Shown: positions 42,971 to 54,940, counted from the first letter of the whole stretch. The stretch is 62,050 nucleotides of DNA, filler included, from 8 parts of 8 records of this genome joined end to end with filler, not necessarily neighbours in it; one strand, 5' to 3'. Made by a program: numbers and translations. Notes: generated by a model from the sequence alone, not told the origin.

Positions 42971-45900
42971 CTAATTCTCAACTTTCATTATTCTTACCGG
43001 ACCAAGCAGACCCGAAGCTAAAGGCTCTTTGTATCGGAAAGCCTCCATAGATTGTTTTGTGGTGAAAGTATACCTACCCGTACGAAACTCCTTCCCACCC
43101 ATTATCCCGTTTTTAAACTTTACGGTTCGCACATTTGCATCGGGTTCCTGTGTGTCGCCAAGTAAACGGTTAACCCAGCGGTTAGCCACTTCAATTTCCA
43201 ATTCGTTTGTTCCTTGTTTTAAGGCATCCGAAATATCAATTCGCCACGGAGCGCACCAAATTACACCCATGTCTTTTCCGTTTACTTTTACCCGGGCAAT
43301 ATCGTTTACTACGCCCAAATCGATGTAATGAGGATTTTCACTCAGCTCATCCAATTCAATTGATTTTTTGTAAATGGCAATGCCCGAGTAGTATTTTACA
43401 CCACGTAGTTCGTGTTTTGTCCAATCCTGAAGTTCGTCGAATACAATATTTTCGGGACCACCGAATTTTGAATTAAACGAAACATTCCAAGCGCCGTCAA
43501 TGGTTTTAACTTCATTAAAAACAAGAAAGTTTGATGTTTCCTTATTTGCAGGCTCTGCTTCCTCTCCAGAAAAAGTAACAAAGAAACTTTCGTAAGGGAA
43601 GAATTGCATTGGAATTGTTGTTGCACCATTTTCAACCGAATAATTTGCAATTTTTCTCGTTTCACCGCTTGTTCCTATCCATAATTCGGGCTGCCCAACT
43701 GCACGGAAAGCACATGCTGTTTGTTGAAATTCGTTTGTTCGGTTGGCCACAAAATAGATATCCTTATTTTCTGTTTTTCGGTGTCCAAACCGGATGCTAT
43801 TGTTTTCGGATTTAAAGTCTTCAGCAATATTCAATTTAGCCAACAACTCGGTAGTACTTTTATACGATGGATAGAGTTCGTTCGAGACCAAATCTCCTCC
43901 CCAAAAAACAGAACCTTCTCCGAATTCTATTTCACTAAATTCATTTGGCGTTTGAAGCGCTCCCCAAAATTTTTCAGCCAGACTTTTAACCTCGGTATCG
44001 CAAGCGGGATAATTTACCAAACTTGGAGATTTAACAGGAGGTACTCCAATTATTCTTGCTCCTTGTTCTACCAACGAGGTAATCTTTTTGAGCAATTCAG
44101 GTGTCATGGTTTCGAAATTTGGCAGCACCATAATTTCGTAAGAAGTTGCCCTTGGAAAAACAATTTTTCCATTTTCTACGGTTGCCCAATCCATCAACAT
44201 TTTAGGAGAACATCCATCAAAACCATATCCTTTTTTATCGGGAATCATTTCGTTTTCTACCAATGCGTCGGCAGGAGGTGTAAAAATCATGGGTGCTCCT
44301 TCGGGAGTCAGATAAAGAATATCGGCAACTGCCTGCCCTTGTTGCATCATGTGCGAACTTCTGCTAATGTATTCGTGGTAAGCGTCCACCATTGGCCACC
44401 AGGCTTGTCCACGGTCCCAGTGTACACCATAACGTCCCATTGTCATTCCGGGGCGGTGTTCTTCTCCCAAAGGTTTGTGGGCAAATGTATGGTATACAAA
44501 ACGGTTAATTCCGTGTGCCAGTGCCCAGTCGCTTTGACTTTTCATATTCCCGGGGTAAAGACTCCATGCCTCCGAAGGATGCGAAGTAAAAACCTCGGCA
44601 CCAACAATAGGATGCCCTTTAATGTGTGCTATAGAACTTGCCTGTAAAACAGCATAAATGGTGTGATACCCAAAGCCATTACTCCAAAATTCAGCCATAA
44701 TCACATCGGCAATTGCTCCTAAATCGAGGTCGCCTGCCGGATTCATATCGTACGGTTCAATAGTCAATTCAAGGTCATTCTTATGCGCGTAAGCCTTGGC
44801 GAATTCAACATGATTTTCCAATACCAATTCTTTGCAGGTTTGTCGTAAATCCCATAAAAAGCGTTCGGTAGTTTCTACACTCTCAACAGCTCGTCCGGTA
44901 TACGTCAAAAAATAAGGTTCCGGGTTGTATCCACGTCGTTTCTTAAACTCTTCAACAATACCCTCTGTCCAGTTTTGTGCACCGCTTTCCCAACTATCGA
45001 TATGAAAACCGGTCCAACCAACTCCCTCTTTTCGTGGAGCTGTTTTTTTCAATAAAATATCGGTATAATTTCTTAGGTGATTTCTGAATGCTGCTGTGTC
45101 CATTTTATTGCTTTCCAAACCAATAACAGGTTCCGGTGATGGTCGGGTACTGGCTCCGGTTACTCGTTTCCCCATGCGTATTATTGTCCACTTTCCTAAG
45201 GGAGCATCCCAAACCAAACGACCATCTTTCTGTAAATAATCCGTAACATCTATTATTTCTGATTGAGAAAGAATCCTGTCATTGTCAGGTTCATTGTAAT
45301 TAGCCAACGATGGCAACCATGGTTTCACATTTGGTTTCGACGAATATGGGTCTCTTTCGAAAAGTGCTTTTTCATTAATATCTTCAATTACAGGTACCGC
45401 AAGACTTGGAATGGCATAAACAGCTACGTCTTCGTAATACGGATCATTCATTTTATGCCATTGAGTACTGCGTTGTTCTGGCATTGGAAGTTCAACATCT
45501 ACCTTTTTGCCACCAACAATTTCAGTCTCGCTAAAAACCAGGTGTTTCATCGACTCTTCAGGTTTCACCCAGGGCCCCCCACTGCCACACCAACCGGGAC
45601 CGGCACCAAGTAATATTTTTATTCCTAAACGTTCGGCTTCACGAACTGCATGAACATATAAGTCCTGCCACTCTTCGCTCATAAAATCAACAGAACCTCG
45701 TGGAACTCCAATCCCAACTTCAAGAAAAATAAGGTTGCTAATCCCCACTTCTTTCATCGACTCAAGGTCTTTGGTCATCTCATCGCGAGATAAGTTACCA
45801 TCCATAAAGTACCAGTAGACACCCGGTTTTGCTGAATCTGGTGGGTTCAAAAAAGCTTGTTTTAATGTACTTTCAGTTTGGTTTTGGCTACAAGCAGTAA

Positions 45901-45973
45901 GGAATACTACTCCCAAACAAAAAATATAAATCGATTGAATTGTTATTAGACAGCTGTCTTTTAATTTATTCAT
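42971..45973 (-). CDS. GH106 alpha-L-rhamnosidase-like lipoprotein
   Basis: Lipobox LTAC, FLNPPDSAKPGVYWYFMDGN, GWCGSGGPWV, HIDSWE, GINRFVYH, SGLLGPV. Confidence 0.87.
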   Translation of the reverse strand: MNKLKDSCLITIQSIYIFCLGVVFLTACSQNQTESTLKQAFLNPPDSAKPGVYWYFMDGNLSRDEMTKDLESMKEVGISNLIFLEVGIGVPRGSVDFMSEEWQDLYVHAVREAERLGIKILLGAGPGWCGSGGPWVKPEESMKHLVFSETEIVGGKKVDVELPMPEQRSTQWHKMNDPYYEDVAVYAIPSLAVPVIEDINEKALFERDPYSSKPNVKPWLPSLANYNEPDNDRILSQSEIIDVTDYLQKDGRLVWDAPLGKWTIIRMGKRVTGASTRPSPEPVIGLESNKMDTAAFRNHLRNYTDILLKKTAPRKEGVGWTGFHIDSWESGAQNWTEGIVEEFKKRRGYNPEPYFLTYTGRAVESVETTERFLWDLRQTCKELVLENHVEFAKAYAHKNDLELTIEPYDMNPAGDLDLGAIADVIMAEFWSNGFGYHTIYAVLQASSIAHIKGHPIVGAEVFTSHPSEAWSLYPGNMKSQSDWALAHGINRFVYHTFAHKPLGEEHRPGMTMGRYGVHWDRGQAWWPMVDAYHEYISRSSHMMQQGQAVADILYLTPEGAPMIFTPPADALVENEMIPDKKGYGFDGCSPKMLMDWATVENGKIVFPRATSYEIMVLPNFETMTPELLKKITSLVEQGARIIGVPPVKSPSLVNYPACDTEVKSLAEKFWGALQTPNEFSEIEFGEGSVFWGGDLVSNELYPSYKSTTELLAKLNIAEDFKSENNSIRFGHRKTENKDIYFVANRTNEFQQTACAFRAVGQPELWIGTSGETRKIANYSVENGATTIPMQFFPYESFFVTFSGEEAEPANKETSNFLVFNEVKTIDGAWNVSFNSKFGGPENIVFDELQDWTKHELRGVKYYSGIAIYKKSIELDELSENPHYIDLGVVNDIARVKVNGKDMGVIWCAPWRIDISDALKQGTNELEIEVANRWVNRLLGDTQEPDANVRTVKFKNGIMGGKEFRTGRYTFTTKQSMEAFRYKEPLASGLLGPVRIMKVEN

Positions 45974-46232
45974 AATTTAGTAAAAATGTAACAAGTTTTT
46001 GGTTTATCTTCAAAACTATAAAAGCACAATATGACGTAATTTTTGAACTATCAAATTATCAGAACTACAATATAAATCATCCATAAACTTACCCCATCAA
46101 CAAAGTCCTGCTCCACAAAATTCCTTTTTATGAGCGCATTGCGCTTTTATTACTAATTTTATTCTTGTAAATTTCGTCTTTATGAATCTTATTAAAAATT
46201 GACAAACTGATATTTTTATTACACAAAATGAC

Positions 46233-47111
46233 ATGACATTAATAAACGGCTACAGAAAATATTTAATAACCTTTGAGCACGATGAGAAATGGGGTTTCTT
46301 CGTAAATAGTCTGGGGAGTGCAAAAATTAACAAAGGAGATTCTTACCCATCAAAAGGACATCCGGGCAGCTATATGTTCTCTTGGGAGAAAGGACGAGTA
46401 CTCGATGAATTTCAGTTTGTTTTAATAACTGATGGAGAGGGTGTTTTTGAGACTAAAGAAACCGGTAAAAAGAAAATATCGGATGGCGATGGCTTTTTGC
46501 TTTTCCCCGGTGTTTGGCACCGATACAAACCCCGAAAAAAATCAGGCTGGACCGAACATTGGGTTGGTTTTTCAGGAAAACTTGCCAAAGAATTTCTGTC
46601 CAACGGCTTTTTTAATGCCAATCAACCCATTATTCCCAAATGCAAACGTACGAACATCCTTGGATATTTCGATTCATTATTTAAACTGTTCAACAACGAA
46701 CCATTTGGATATCAACGTTTGGCCTCGGGAATTTGCTTGCAACTAATGGCCGAGCTGTATAATATTCAACAAATTAGCGATAAGGAAGATTCGTTAAACA
46801 CCATGGTTTCGCGTGCTAAACATATAATGTACAAACAAATCAATGAATCCATCAACTTAGAGAACATTGCAACTGAATTCGGTGTGAGTTATTCCAAATT
46901 CAGGGCAGATTTTAAGAAACAAACAGGCACGTCCCCTTTACAATATTTTTTGCTTCTCAAAATTGAAAAGTCAAAAGATCTGCTCGTTCAAACCAATAAA
47001 ACACAAAAGGAAATTGCTTATTTGCTGGGGTTTGAATCGGATTATTATTTCAACCGTTTATTCAAACAAAAAACAGGAATGACACCGCGGCAATTTAGGA
47101 GCAAACGTTGA
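46233..47111 (+). CDS. AraC-family regulator, paralog of 38874-39749
   Basis: YPSKGHPGSYMFSWEKGRVLDEFQ, WHRYKP, C-terminal double HTH. Confidence 0.93.
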   Translation: MTLINGYRKYLITFEHDEKWGFFVNSLGSAKINKGDSYPSKGHPGSYMFSWEKGRVLDEFQFVLITDGEGVFETKETGKKKISDGDGFLLFPGVWHRYKPRKKSGWTEHWVGFSGKLAKEFLSNGFFNANQPIIPKCKRTNILGYFDSLFKLFNNEPFGYQRLASGICLQLMAELYNIQQISDKEDSLNTMVSRAKHIMYKQINESINLENIATEFGVSYSKFRADFKKQTGTSPLQYFLLLKIEKSKDLLVQTNKTQKEIAYLLGFESDYYFNRLFKQKTGMTPRQFRSKR

Positions 47112-47354
47112 GAATTATGTTTATTGTATCAAATTTGTTCCCGTTTAAGAGTATAGTCCAATTGGGTAACGGTTCTTGGGAAATTTTCAACGAATTTACA
47201 GGCTTTTTAGCCTTACTATTTAATTACCCTAAAAAGTAATCCTGTAAGCATATTGGTGCAGATAAAGGTAGACAAAACTGATAAACAAAATTTCAAAAAA
47301 ATGTTTCAGATAAAATCAACCTACCATGCATGATTGGATTTTGCAAAAACCAGT

Positions 47355-48498
47355 CTATTTTTCAACCGAAAATTTATAAATCGACTTTGTCTGGTATGTT
47401 TCTCCCGGATTTAAGATAATAGATGGAAAGACTTCTTGATTTGGAGAATCAGGAAAATGCTGCGTTTCCAGAGCAAAAGATTCGCGGAAGTTAAAGGTTT
47501 TGCCCAACTTACCAGTATCTGATCCATCGAAGAAATTACCTCCATAAAACTGAATGCCGGGTTCTTCAGTAAATACTTCCATTTTTACACCAGTTTTGGG
47601 AGAAACCACTCTGGCAGCCAAAGTCATTCCTTCGTTGCCTTTGTTTAGTGCAAAATTATGGTCGTAGCCCATTCCATTTTTAAGCTGTAGGTTGCTTTCT
47701 TGCTGATCTAAATCCTGCCCAATTGCTTTTCCATTTCTGAAATCAAAGGGCGTTCCGTCAACCGTAACATTTTCTCCCAACGGAATCAAAGTTTCATCAA
47801 CAACCGTAAATTTATCGGCATTTAAGGTAAGAATATGGTCATTAATGGTTCCGCTTGCCTCGCCTCCCAAATTAAAGAAAGCATGGTTGGTTAAGTTTAC
47901 AGGCGTGCTTTTATCGGTAATGGCTTTGTATTTCATTACCACTTCATTTTTTGCAGTTAATTCGTATTCAACTTCCACACTTAAGTTTAGGATAGCCCAT
48001 TTCGCCATCTTTTGAAAGGTAGCTTAAAACTATTGATGTTCCGTTTACCGATTTTACCTCCCAAACCTGATTATGAAAACCTTTAGGACCACCGTGCAAA
48101 TGGTTGGGGCCGTTATTTAATGGCAGCGTATAAGCCACACCATCTAACTCGAACTTACCTTTGGAAATTCTGTTTCCAATGCGTCCGATCAAAGCACCAT
48201 GATAGGCTTCGTTGGCTGCCAGGTAATCGTCGATACTTTTAAAACCCAACACAACATCGGTCATTTCTCCATTTTTACCGGGAGTGCATAAACTTACAAT
48301 ACGTCCACCAAAATTGGTAACTGCCATGTTTATATCCCCATTTTTTAAGAAATATAGATTTACGTTTTTTCCATCAATATCTTTTTGAAAATCTTTTGCA
48401 TTAAGTTCACAACAAGCTTTTTGTTTAACGTTTGTAGTGCACGAATAAAGAATGCTACCTGTAAATAAGATTAGGATAATGTTTCTGATTAGTCTCAT
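47355..48498 (-). CDS. galM: Aldose 1-epimerase (mutarotase), lipoprotein; one frameshift near 47990
   Basis: [36 protein letters not shown]. The conserved GYPGNL needs two missing bases. Confidence 0.9.
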
Positions 48499-48550
48499 AA
48501 TGTAAAGTTTTGGCGGAAGACAGGTAATTGATGACCAATGTCGTCCAATA

Positions 48551-49405
48551 TTATTTTAATACAATTGTTTTATCTCTGTTACAGATGAGCTTACCGTTTA
48601 CAATTTCAAGCTCAGCCATTTGCAATACACTTTCACGGTTTTTTAGAGGCTGGTCGAAAATACGCTGTTTCCCCTCCCCTTTCAGCTTTTCCAGGTCGTA
48701 ACGGCGCCAGGGTTCTACATGATAAAAAATGAAAACCCTGTCATTTTTCACAGACACACTACAATGGCGTGCCATTGACTTATCGAGGTTTTGCTTGCCT
48801 CCCTCTTTTAATATTGTACCTTGAAACTTCCAGTTCTCGGCATCGGTAGAGCTATACACAAAAAAGCCATTATGAGGGTCGGTAATCAACCAGTACCTAC
48901 CTTGCCATTGAAAAATGTAAGGTGCCTCTTCGAAATTTGAACCTGTGGCTTCGGCATTAAATACATCGCTTTTAGAAAAGCCACGTTCTTCCCAATTTCG
49001 AAAATCAAGCGTTTCCAAATGATACAATTCATTCTTTTTAGCTCCTATTTCTTTTCCTTTAAACCAAACGTGAAAACGTTCGTTGCTTTTATACACCGTT
49101 GCATCAATGGTATTTAGATTATCGCTGTGTAATGCTGCTACTTTTTCCCAACCCCCAACAGGATTTATGAGCGGAGTTTTATAATGCACTATCCAACCTT
49201 GTCCTCCCCAAGCACCTTTGTCAGGAACAGTATCGGGTTTCCAGGTTACAAACATATGAAGTGTATCGCCTACCGAAATTATTGCCGGCGCCCAATAAGT
49301 TGAGTTTGCATCCTTTTTTCCACCTTCACCATCGAATTTACAATAACCTTTAAACTTCCAGCTAAGCAAGTCTTTTGATGTGGCGACGCCAATTGGAGTT
49401 TGCAA
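48551..49405 (-). CDS. Five-bladed beta-propeller glycoside hydrolase (GH43/GH32-like clan), 5'-truncated
   Basis: Asp-box-like TSKDLLSW and SSTDAENW, YWAPAII, IDATV, EEAPYIF. Confidence 0.72.
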   Translation of the reverse strand: MQTPIGVATSKDLLSWKFKGYCKFDGEGGKKDANSTYWAPAIISVGDTLHMFVTWKPDTVPDKGAWGGQGWIVHYKTPLINPVGGWEKVAALHSDNLNTIDATVYKSNERFHVWFKGKEIGAKKNELYHLETLDFRNWEERGFSKSDVFNAEATGSNFEEAPYIFQWQGRYWLITDPHNGFFVYSSTDAENWKFQGTILKEGGKQNLDKSMARHCSVSVKNDRVFIFYHVEPWRRYDLEKLKGEGKQRIFDQPLKNRESVLQMAELEIVNGKLICNRDKTIVLK

Positions 49406-49505
49406 NNNNNNNNNNNNNNNNNNNNNNNNNNNNNNNNNNNNNNNNNNNNTTAATTAATTAANNNNNNNNNNNNNNNNNNNNNNNNNNNNNNNNNNNNNNN
49501 NNNNN
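49406..49505. other. Artificial contig spacer
   Basis: N44-TTAATTAATTAA-N44. Confidence 0.99.
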
Positions 49506-49694
49506 AAAACGACGACTTAAGGAAACGGCATTGATGTTAACCATAGTAGGTTTGATTATTTTTTTAAAATTTGATTTTGAAATCTTTTCCCCAAACCCAG
49601 ATCACTATGAGGCTAACGGTAAGCTCACCGATAAAACAACCAAAGGACGACTGCAGAAATATGGACATGGTTTTTTAGAATGGATCACCCTTAA

Positions 49695-50878
49695 TCAAAA
49701 AATAATAAAACACTTCCAGGCGTATGTAGTCATCCCCTCTGAGGTCATACATGATATCGTCCCTGGAAATTCCTGAAAAACCCCAACCTCCAGTTCCGCT
49801 TTCCAGTTTTCCAGGAAACGGCGGCCGGCCTCCAGCTTCATTATCCGACCGTCCCCCTCCACATCGTTGATGACACCCAGAAGCACCTCGGAACCGGCCA
49901 TGTCATTCACGGCAAGGCGAAGGCCGAACATGAGATCGTTTTCATATGGAGTGGTGGCCTTTTCCCGGCGGTCATCATAGGCAAATTCCCCCAGCACACC
50001 CAAATCCGCATGGGTTCCACCGATACCGGTAAAGGTGTATTCAACCCCTCCGGTGCAGGCCCAGAAATCATCGCCATGCCCTGTCCGGTGGAGGGCCTCG
50101 AGTTTCACCAGCCACGGACCTGTCGTGACCTGGAGGTCAAGTCCGGTCTGGTGAATTTGCGGGTAGTACGGCTGCAGCACCTGGGCCTCCCTGTCAGGAT
50201 TCAACACCGGTTCCCGGCCGGTACCGGAGAAATGATATACACCGAAATCCGTATTTCCGATATAATGGCTGTAACGGAGGGCAGCATCCATATGATGTTC
50301 TTTGGCATCACTCTCATATACAGCATGATCGGTATCCACCTTCCAGGCAGTGCGCAATCGTCCTTTCTTCCCGGGATAGGTTCGTTCCCGGAATCCGGGA
50401 AGCAGAAAAAATCAAACACCCCACACTCCCCCGAAACGGAAAAATGGATCATGGGTTGACCAAGCTTGTCCTCGCCATCCGGATCTTCCACCAGATCGGT
50501 CTGATTGATAATATCCACCAAGTGAACAAATTCCGTAACCCCCCAGAACACTTTTTCCAGGCCGACGCGCAATTCCCAGGCATCCGCAACGATCAGGGCG
50601 TTTAGTTCTCTGATGTCAACATGGGTGCGCTCGGAGTCGGCACTGTCCACGCGTACAAAGGGGATGAAGCTAAAGGAATGGCCGTTTTCCCATTCATGGT
50701 AATATTCCGGCTGAACTGCCAGGGAAAAATTGTTTTTCTCCTGACTGCGGTACCGGGCATCATGGAGAAAGCCTCTGAATTCTCCGGCTACGTATCCCGA
50801 CAATTCATGGGCTGATGCGGGGAATCCGGTAGCGATAATCATCCACCCCAGCATCATCCTGAAAATGGTCCTTTTCAT
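49695..50878 (-). CDS. Outer-membrane beta-barrel protein of MMPL-associated operons; frameshifts near 50408 and 49770
   Basis: Signal peptide, DIRELN, VFWGVTE..HLVDIINQTD. Rejoined reading DFFLLPGFRERTYPG...DDYIRLEVFYYF ends in a barrel-type C-terminus. Exact stop uncertain. Confidence 0.75.
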
Positions 50879-51663
50879 TTCAGCCTTTTCAAACTTTTTT
50901 TGTTAAAATCCTTGTCCTCCATCCCGACTCTGTACTTGAAATTTGACCACAAAAGTCTGGTGGTTTTGCTGTTCTGATGATTGACCATATTCATTTCATG
51001 GGCCTTCCAGAATTTGTCCAGATATTTTTCAAAATGGTTGGCTTCATAGGTCTTTAACAGGGAATTCTTGCGGTCATAATAATCAATTTTTAAAACCCTG
51101 TACTCTGCCTTGTCCACCCACAGTTTCTGACGGGTATAACCGGAATTTTTTTTATCAACCGGATAGCGCTCCATGGTGAAACACGCTTCTTCCCTGTATG
51201 TTTCATCCTCCAGTTTTTTATACGTATATTTTTCAACTTCCTGGCTTGAGATATCTTCATAGGCAAACTCACTACCCATGAAGGAGCCGGATTTATTTCT
51301 GGAACTTATCCTTTTCACCCGTTTCAAAGCAGGCAGATAAAGCCATTGGTCGTCATCTCCGAATTTATGGGAAAAGGTAAGAAACGCCGTTCCCTTTACG
51401 TCCCTTGGAGTGTCAAAAATAGAAAGCGTTTTATCGCCATCGTTTTTCTGCTCCAGCGTATAAATGCGTATGGAACGCGTACTTTCCTGGCCATGCTTGT
51501 TCCTTAGAATCATCTGCATATCGGCTTTATAATCATGGAACCCTGACTCTCTTAAATCAATTTCATTTGCGATTTCAAGCCCCTTTTCCTCTGGACTCTG
51601 GGCGTTTATCATCACTGGGAACAGTAACAAAACAGCGGGAATAATCCATTTTAACAGCTTCAT
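50875..51663 (-). CDS. Outer-membrane lipoprotein-sorting protein (LolA-like)
   Basis: Signal peptide, PRDVKGTAFL, DDQWLYLPALKRVKRI, FMGSEFAYED. Confidence 0.9.
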   Translation of the reverse strand: MKLLKWIIPAVLLLFPVMINAQSPEEKGLEIANEIDLRESGFHDYKADMQMILRNKHGQESTRSIRIYTLEQKNDGDKTLSIFDTPRDVKGTAFLTFSHKFGDDDQWLYLPALKRVKRISSRNKSGSFMGSEFAYEDISSQEVEKYTYKKLEDETYREEACFTMERYPVDKKNSGYTRQKLWVDKAEYRVLKIDYYDRKNSLLKTYEANHFEKYLDKFWKAHEMNMVNHQNSKTTRLLWSNFKYRVGMEDKDFNKKSLKRLK

Positions 51664-51684
51664 GTTTTTTCTTCTCCACTTTCA

Positions 51685-53954
51685 TTAAAAGGGTTGGTAA
51701 AAAAAGAAATCAAGGATAAGGGCCATGATGATGGTCATGGCCGTCATGAGGCCCATATCGGAATTAATCTTAAATCCTGAAACCGCGAGGACCATAAAAC
51801 CGGCAGCGAGAATTGCCGTTGTCACCCATATGGCGGTCCCCACGTTGTGAAATGCATATCTGACAGCCCTTTCCGGGCTCATGTCATAGTCTCTTCTGGC
51901 CCTCAGGTATTTACTCATGAAATGAACGGTATCATCCACAACAATTCCCAGCGTCAGGGCCACCAGCACCGACAGAGCAAGCCCTACCCGGCCCATTGTC
52001 ATGCCCCAGATACCAAAGGCCATAAAGGCGGGCAAAAGATTGGGGACGAGGCTCACCACCCCAAGTTTAACGCTTTTCAGGGCAAAAACAATGATGACGG
52101 AAATGAGCACCAGGGCACCGAGGGAAGCCCCCAGCATGCTTTGGATGTTTCTCTCGGAAATGTGGGAGAAAATAATAAAAAGTCCTGTTCCATATGTAAG
52201 CATACTGGGCTGGGCATTCTGCCTGAGCCACTGTCTGGCCCTCGCATCAATGGCAAGTATTTCCTGGGAGGTCGTATCCCGCATTGTAACGGTAAACCGT
52301 GACGAAGACTTGTCAACATTTATCTGATTGTTCAAATCCAAACCAAAGGGCAGGGACATTTCATAGAGAAGCAGATATTGTGCGGCAAGTTCCCGGTCAT
52401 GGGGAATACGATAATACGCCGGGTCGTCTCCATGCATGTTTTTGTTCAGGCGTTTCATTATCTCTGCGATGGAATTGACGTGAACAACGGCGGGCTGGCT
52501 GAGGTACCACTGGGAAAAGGCTTCCAGATTTTTTAAATATACTGGCGAATTTATGCCGTTTTCCTCACCTGAATCAAGGGAATACTCTATGGTCTGCAGT
52601 CCGGACAGATTTTGTTCATAAAAATCACTGTCCACCCGGAAATCATACCGATGGTCAAAATAATGGACAAAATTATCATCAAGCTCTATCTTTGTCATGC
52701 CAAGAAGAAGCAATCCCGAAAAAATCAGCATTCCGGGGAATAATATTTTCTTATTTCGAATGGTAAACTCAGCCAGCCAGCCACAGGGCTTATCTTCCGA
52801 TTTTGATTTTTTTCCCTGATTTTTACGGGGATAACGGACATAAGAGCGGGCAGGAAGAAAATGGAGAGACAAAACGCGGCCAGGATTCCCATAGCTACAA
52901 TGTTACCGAGATCCCGAAACGGGGGGGCATCGGAAAAATTCATTGTCAGAAAACCGATCCCCGTGGTCAGACTGGTTAGAAACACCGGTTGAAAATTGAT
53001 CCGCAGGGATTCCCGGATGGCATGATTTTTTGATTTGCCCCGTCGCATCTGCTGAATAATGGTCACCAGCAAATGGATGCTGTCAGCCACGGCCAGTGTC
53101 ATAATGATCACCGGTGCATTGGCAGAGGGGCTTGTGAGGATAATGCCAAGCCGGCCTGCCATGCCGAGCCCGCACAGCATGGAAAATAAAATAACGATAA
53201 GCGTGGTCAACGTTCCGGAAATGGAGCGCAGGGTAAAGATCATTATAAGTACCAGCATTCCGAACATAATGGGAATAAGGGTCGTCATGTCTTTTTTGCT
53301 GGCCTCACCAAAGGCCATGTCTATCATGATGGAACCGGTAAGATACACCCGGATGCCGGGATACTCTTCCATGAAATCACGGGTCATTCTCCTTACATAG
53401 TCCGCAACTTCAATGGAAATTTGGTCATTTCCGTCGGGCTTTATGGTATTTACATTAATCGCCGTAACATGGGCGGAAGAGGAGATCAGACGATTGATAA
53501 GAAGGGGTTCGGCCAGGGCATTCTTTTTGATTTCCCGGATCTCGGCATCTGAAAGTGAAAGCGCATCCAGCACCAGATCCTCAACGATGAGATCGTCTTC
53601 CTGGGCCCTGGTATATTGAAAATTGGTGATGGAATCCACCCGGTTGGAATGGGGGATCTGCCAGCATGCCTGGGTGAGTTTTTCAATTGCATCAAGGATT
53701 TCCCGGGTGAAAACCTTTCCATCTCCGGGGGCGATTACAATCAGAACAGTGTCATCTTTTGTGTAGGTTCTCTCAAGGGCTTCCAGGGCTTTCAGCTGGG
53801 GGTTATCATCACTGAAAAAAACCCTGGAATCGTTGCTGAACCCAAGGTGTTTTCCACCACTTGCGGCAAGCCCGACAAGCACCATACTGATTACAATAAT
53901 CGGCCATCGAAAACGGAGTACCCATTTACCGATGTTATCTTCTAAATATTTCAT
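51685..53954 (-). CDS. MMPL/RND-superfamily transporter; frameshifts near 52810 and 51700
   Basis: Two RND halves: TLAVADSIH..TSLTTGIGF and LGIVVDDTVHF. A7 to A8 joins IREKKSKSED. Confidence 0.88.
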
Positions 53955-54073
53955 ATACCATACCTTTCTAATCGTATTCACTTCGATTAAATACTTTCAC
54001 CATCATTAAATTCCAAGGCGTTTGCTTATTTCCGACAAGTATGCTTTTTTTAGACTGGCTTCTTTGTCCGGAG

Positions 54074-54087
54074 GCCTTTTAAAAGGC
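54074..54087. promoter_or_regulatory. Perfect 14-bp palindrome in the divergent luxR/MMPL promoter region
   Basis: GCCTTTTAAAAGGC. Confidence 0.3.
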
Positions 54088-54187
54088 TTTTTTCACAATC
54101 TTTTTCAGGTATTCATCTGAATCAGAACTGTAAAATCCGGTATATTGATTTTAAAATAGCTTAGTTTAAAATATAACAGAGAATCAA

Positions 54188-54940
54188 ATGACAAGAGAAC
54201 TATCCAAACATCAGTTACGAATCATAGTGGACATTATGAATCAATCCCTGAATGCCAGGGATGAGAAAAACATCATCATCCTTATCGAACGGTTATACGA
54301 CATTTGTGATTTTGAGGCTGTGGCTGTAGGCCTGTTAAATGAATCACAAAACTCAAAACATGTTTTTTCGTGGATAACCAGTGGATATGAAAAGGGCTGG
54401 GTGGAAGTTTATAAAACCAACCAATATGAAAAAGTGGACCCCATACTTCAATATGGCATGCAAACGGAACACCCCTTTACCTGGGCCACCGCCCGTAAAA
54501 ACGTGTGCATGCGGAGAAAAGGTGTTTCCGAATTTCTTGAGAAGGCAAAGGACTTCAATGTCTACAACGGCCTTGGCATCATCTGCCGGGCCAGAGAAAA
54601 GACCCATTCAAAGACCATCTTTGCCATCCAAAGCGTACAGGATACGGCCCTAGACCATTGTCTTGAAATTCTGCAGCTTATCGCTCCCCACGTTCACGAT
54701 GCATTGAACCGTTCCATAGCCGGTCCCCTGGAAAAAAAAAATATCAAAAAACTTCTATCCGACAGAGAAGTAGAGGTCCTGAAATGGACAAAAGAGGGCA
54801 AAACATCCTGGGAGATCGGCTGTATCCTCAAGATATCCGAAAGAACCGTGAAATTCCATTTTAGTAATATCTTTAAAAAGCTAAATGTCGTTAATCGCTC
54901 CCAGGCGGTGGCCACTGGGATGTCCTGCGGGTTTATTTAA
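54188..54940 (+). CDS. LuxR-family regulator with autoinducer-binding domain
   Basis: GWVEVY...VDPI...PFTW...NGL ligand-pocket residues; HTH LSDREVEVLKW..EGKTSWEIG.ILKISERTVKFH. Confidence 0.93.
   Translation: MTRELSKHQLRIIVDIMNQSLNARDEKNIIILIERLYDICDFEAVAVGLLNESQNSKHVFSWITSGYEKGWVEVYKTNQYEKVDPILQYGMQTEHPFTWATARKNVCMRRKGVSEFLEKAKDFNVYNGLGIICRAREKTHSKTIFAIQSVQDTALDHCLEILQLIAPHVHDALNRSIAGPLEKKNIKKLLSDREVEVLKWTKEGKTSWEIGCILKISERTVKFHFSNIFKKLNVVNRSQAVATGMSCGFI

Noticed and set aside
43721-44647. 308-aa plus-strand ORF and similar overlapping ORFs (e.g. 36788-37528, 23963-24586)
   Set aside because: They are antisense to well-supported genes.
54127-54146. lux box (AACTGTAAAATCCGGTATAT)
   Set aside because: Only the left half resembles a lux box; it fails the CT-N12-AG dyad.
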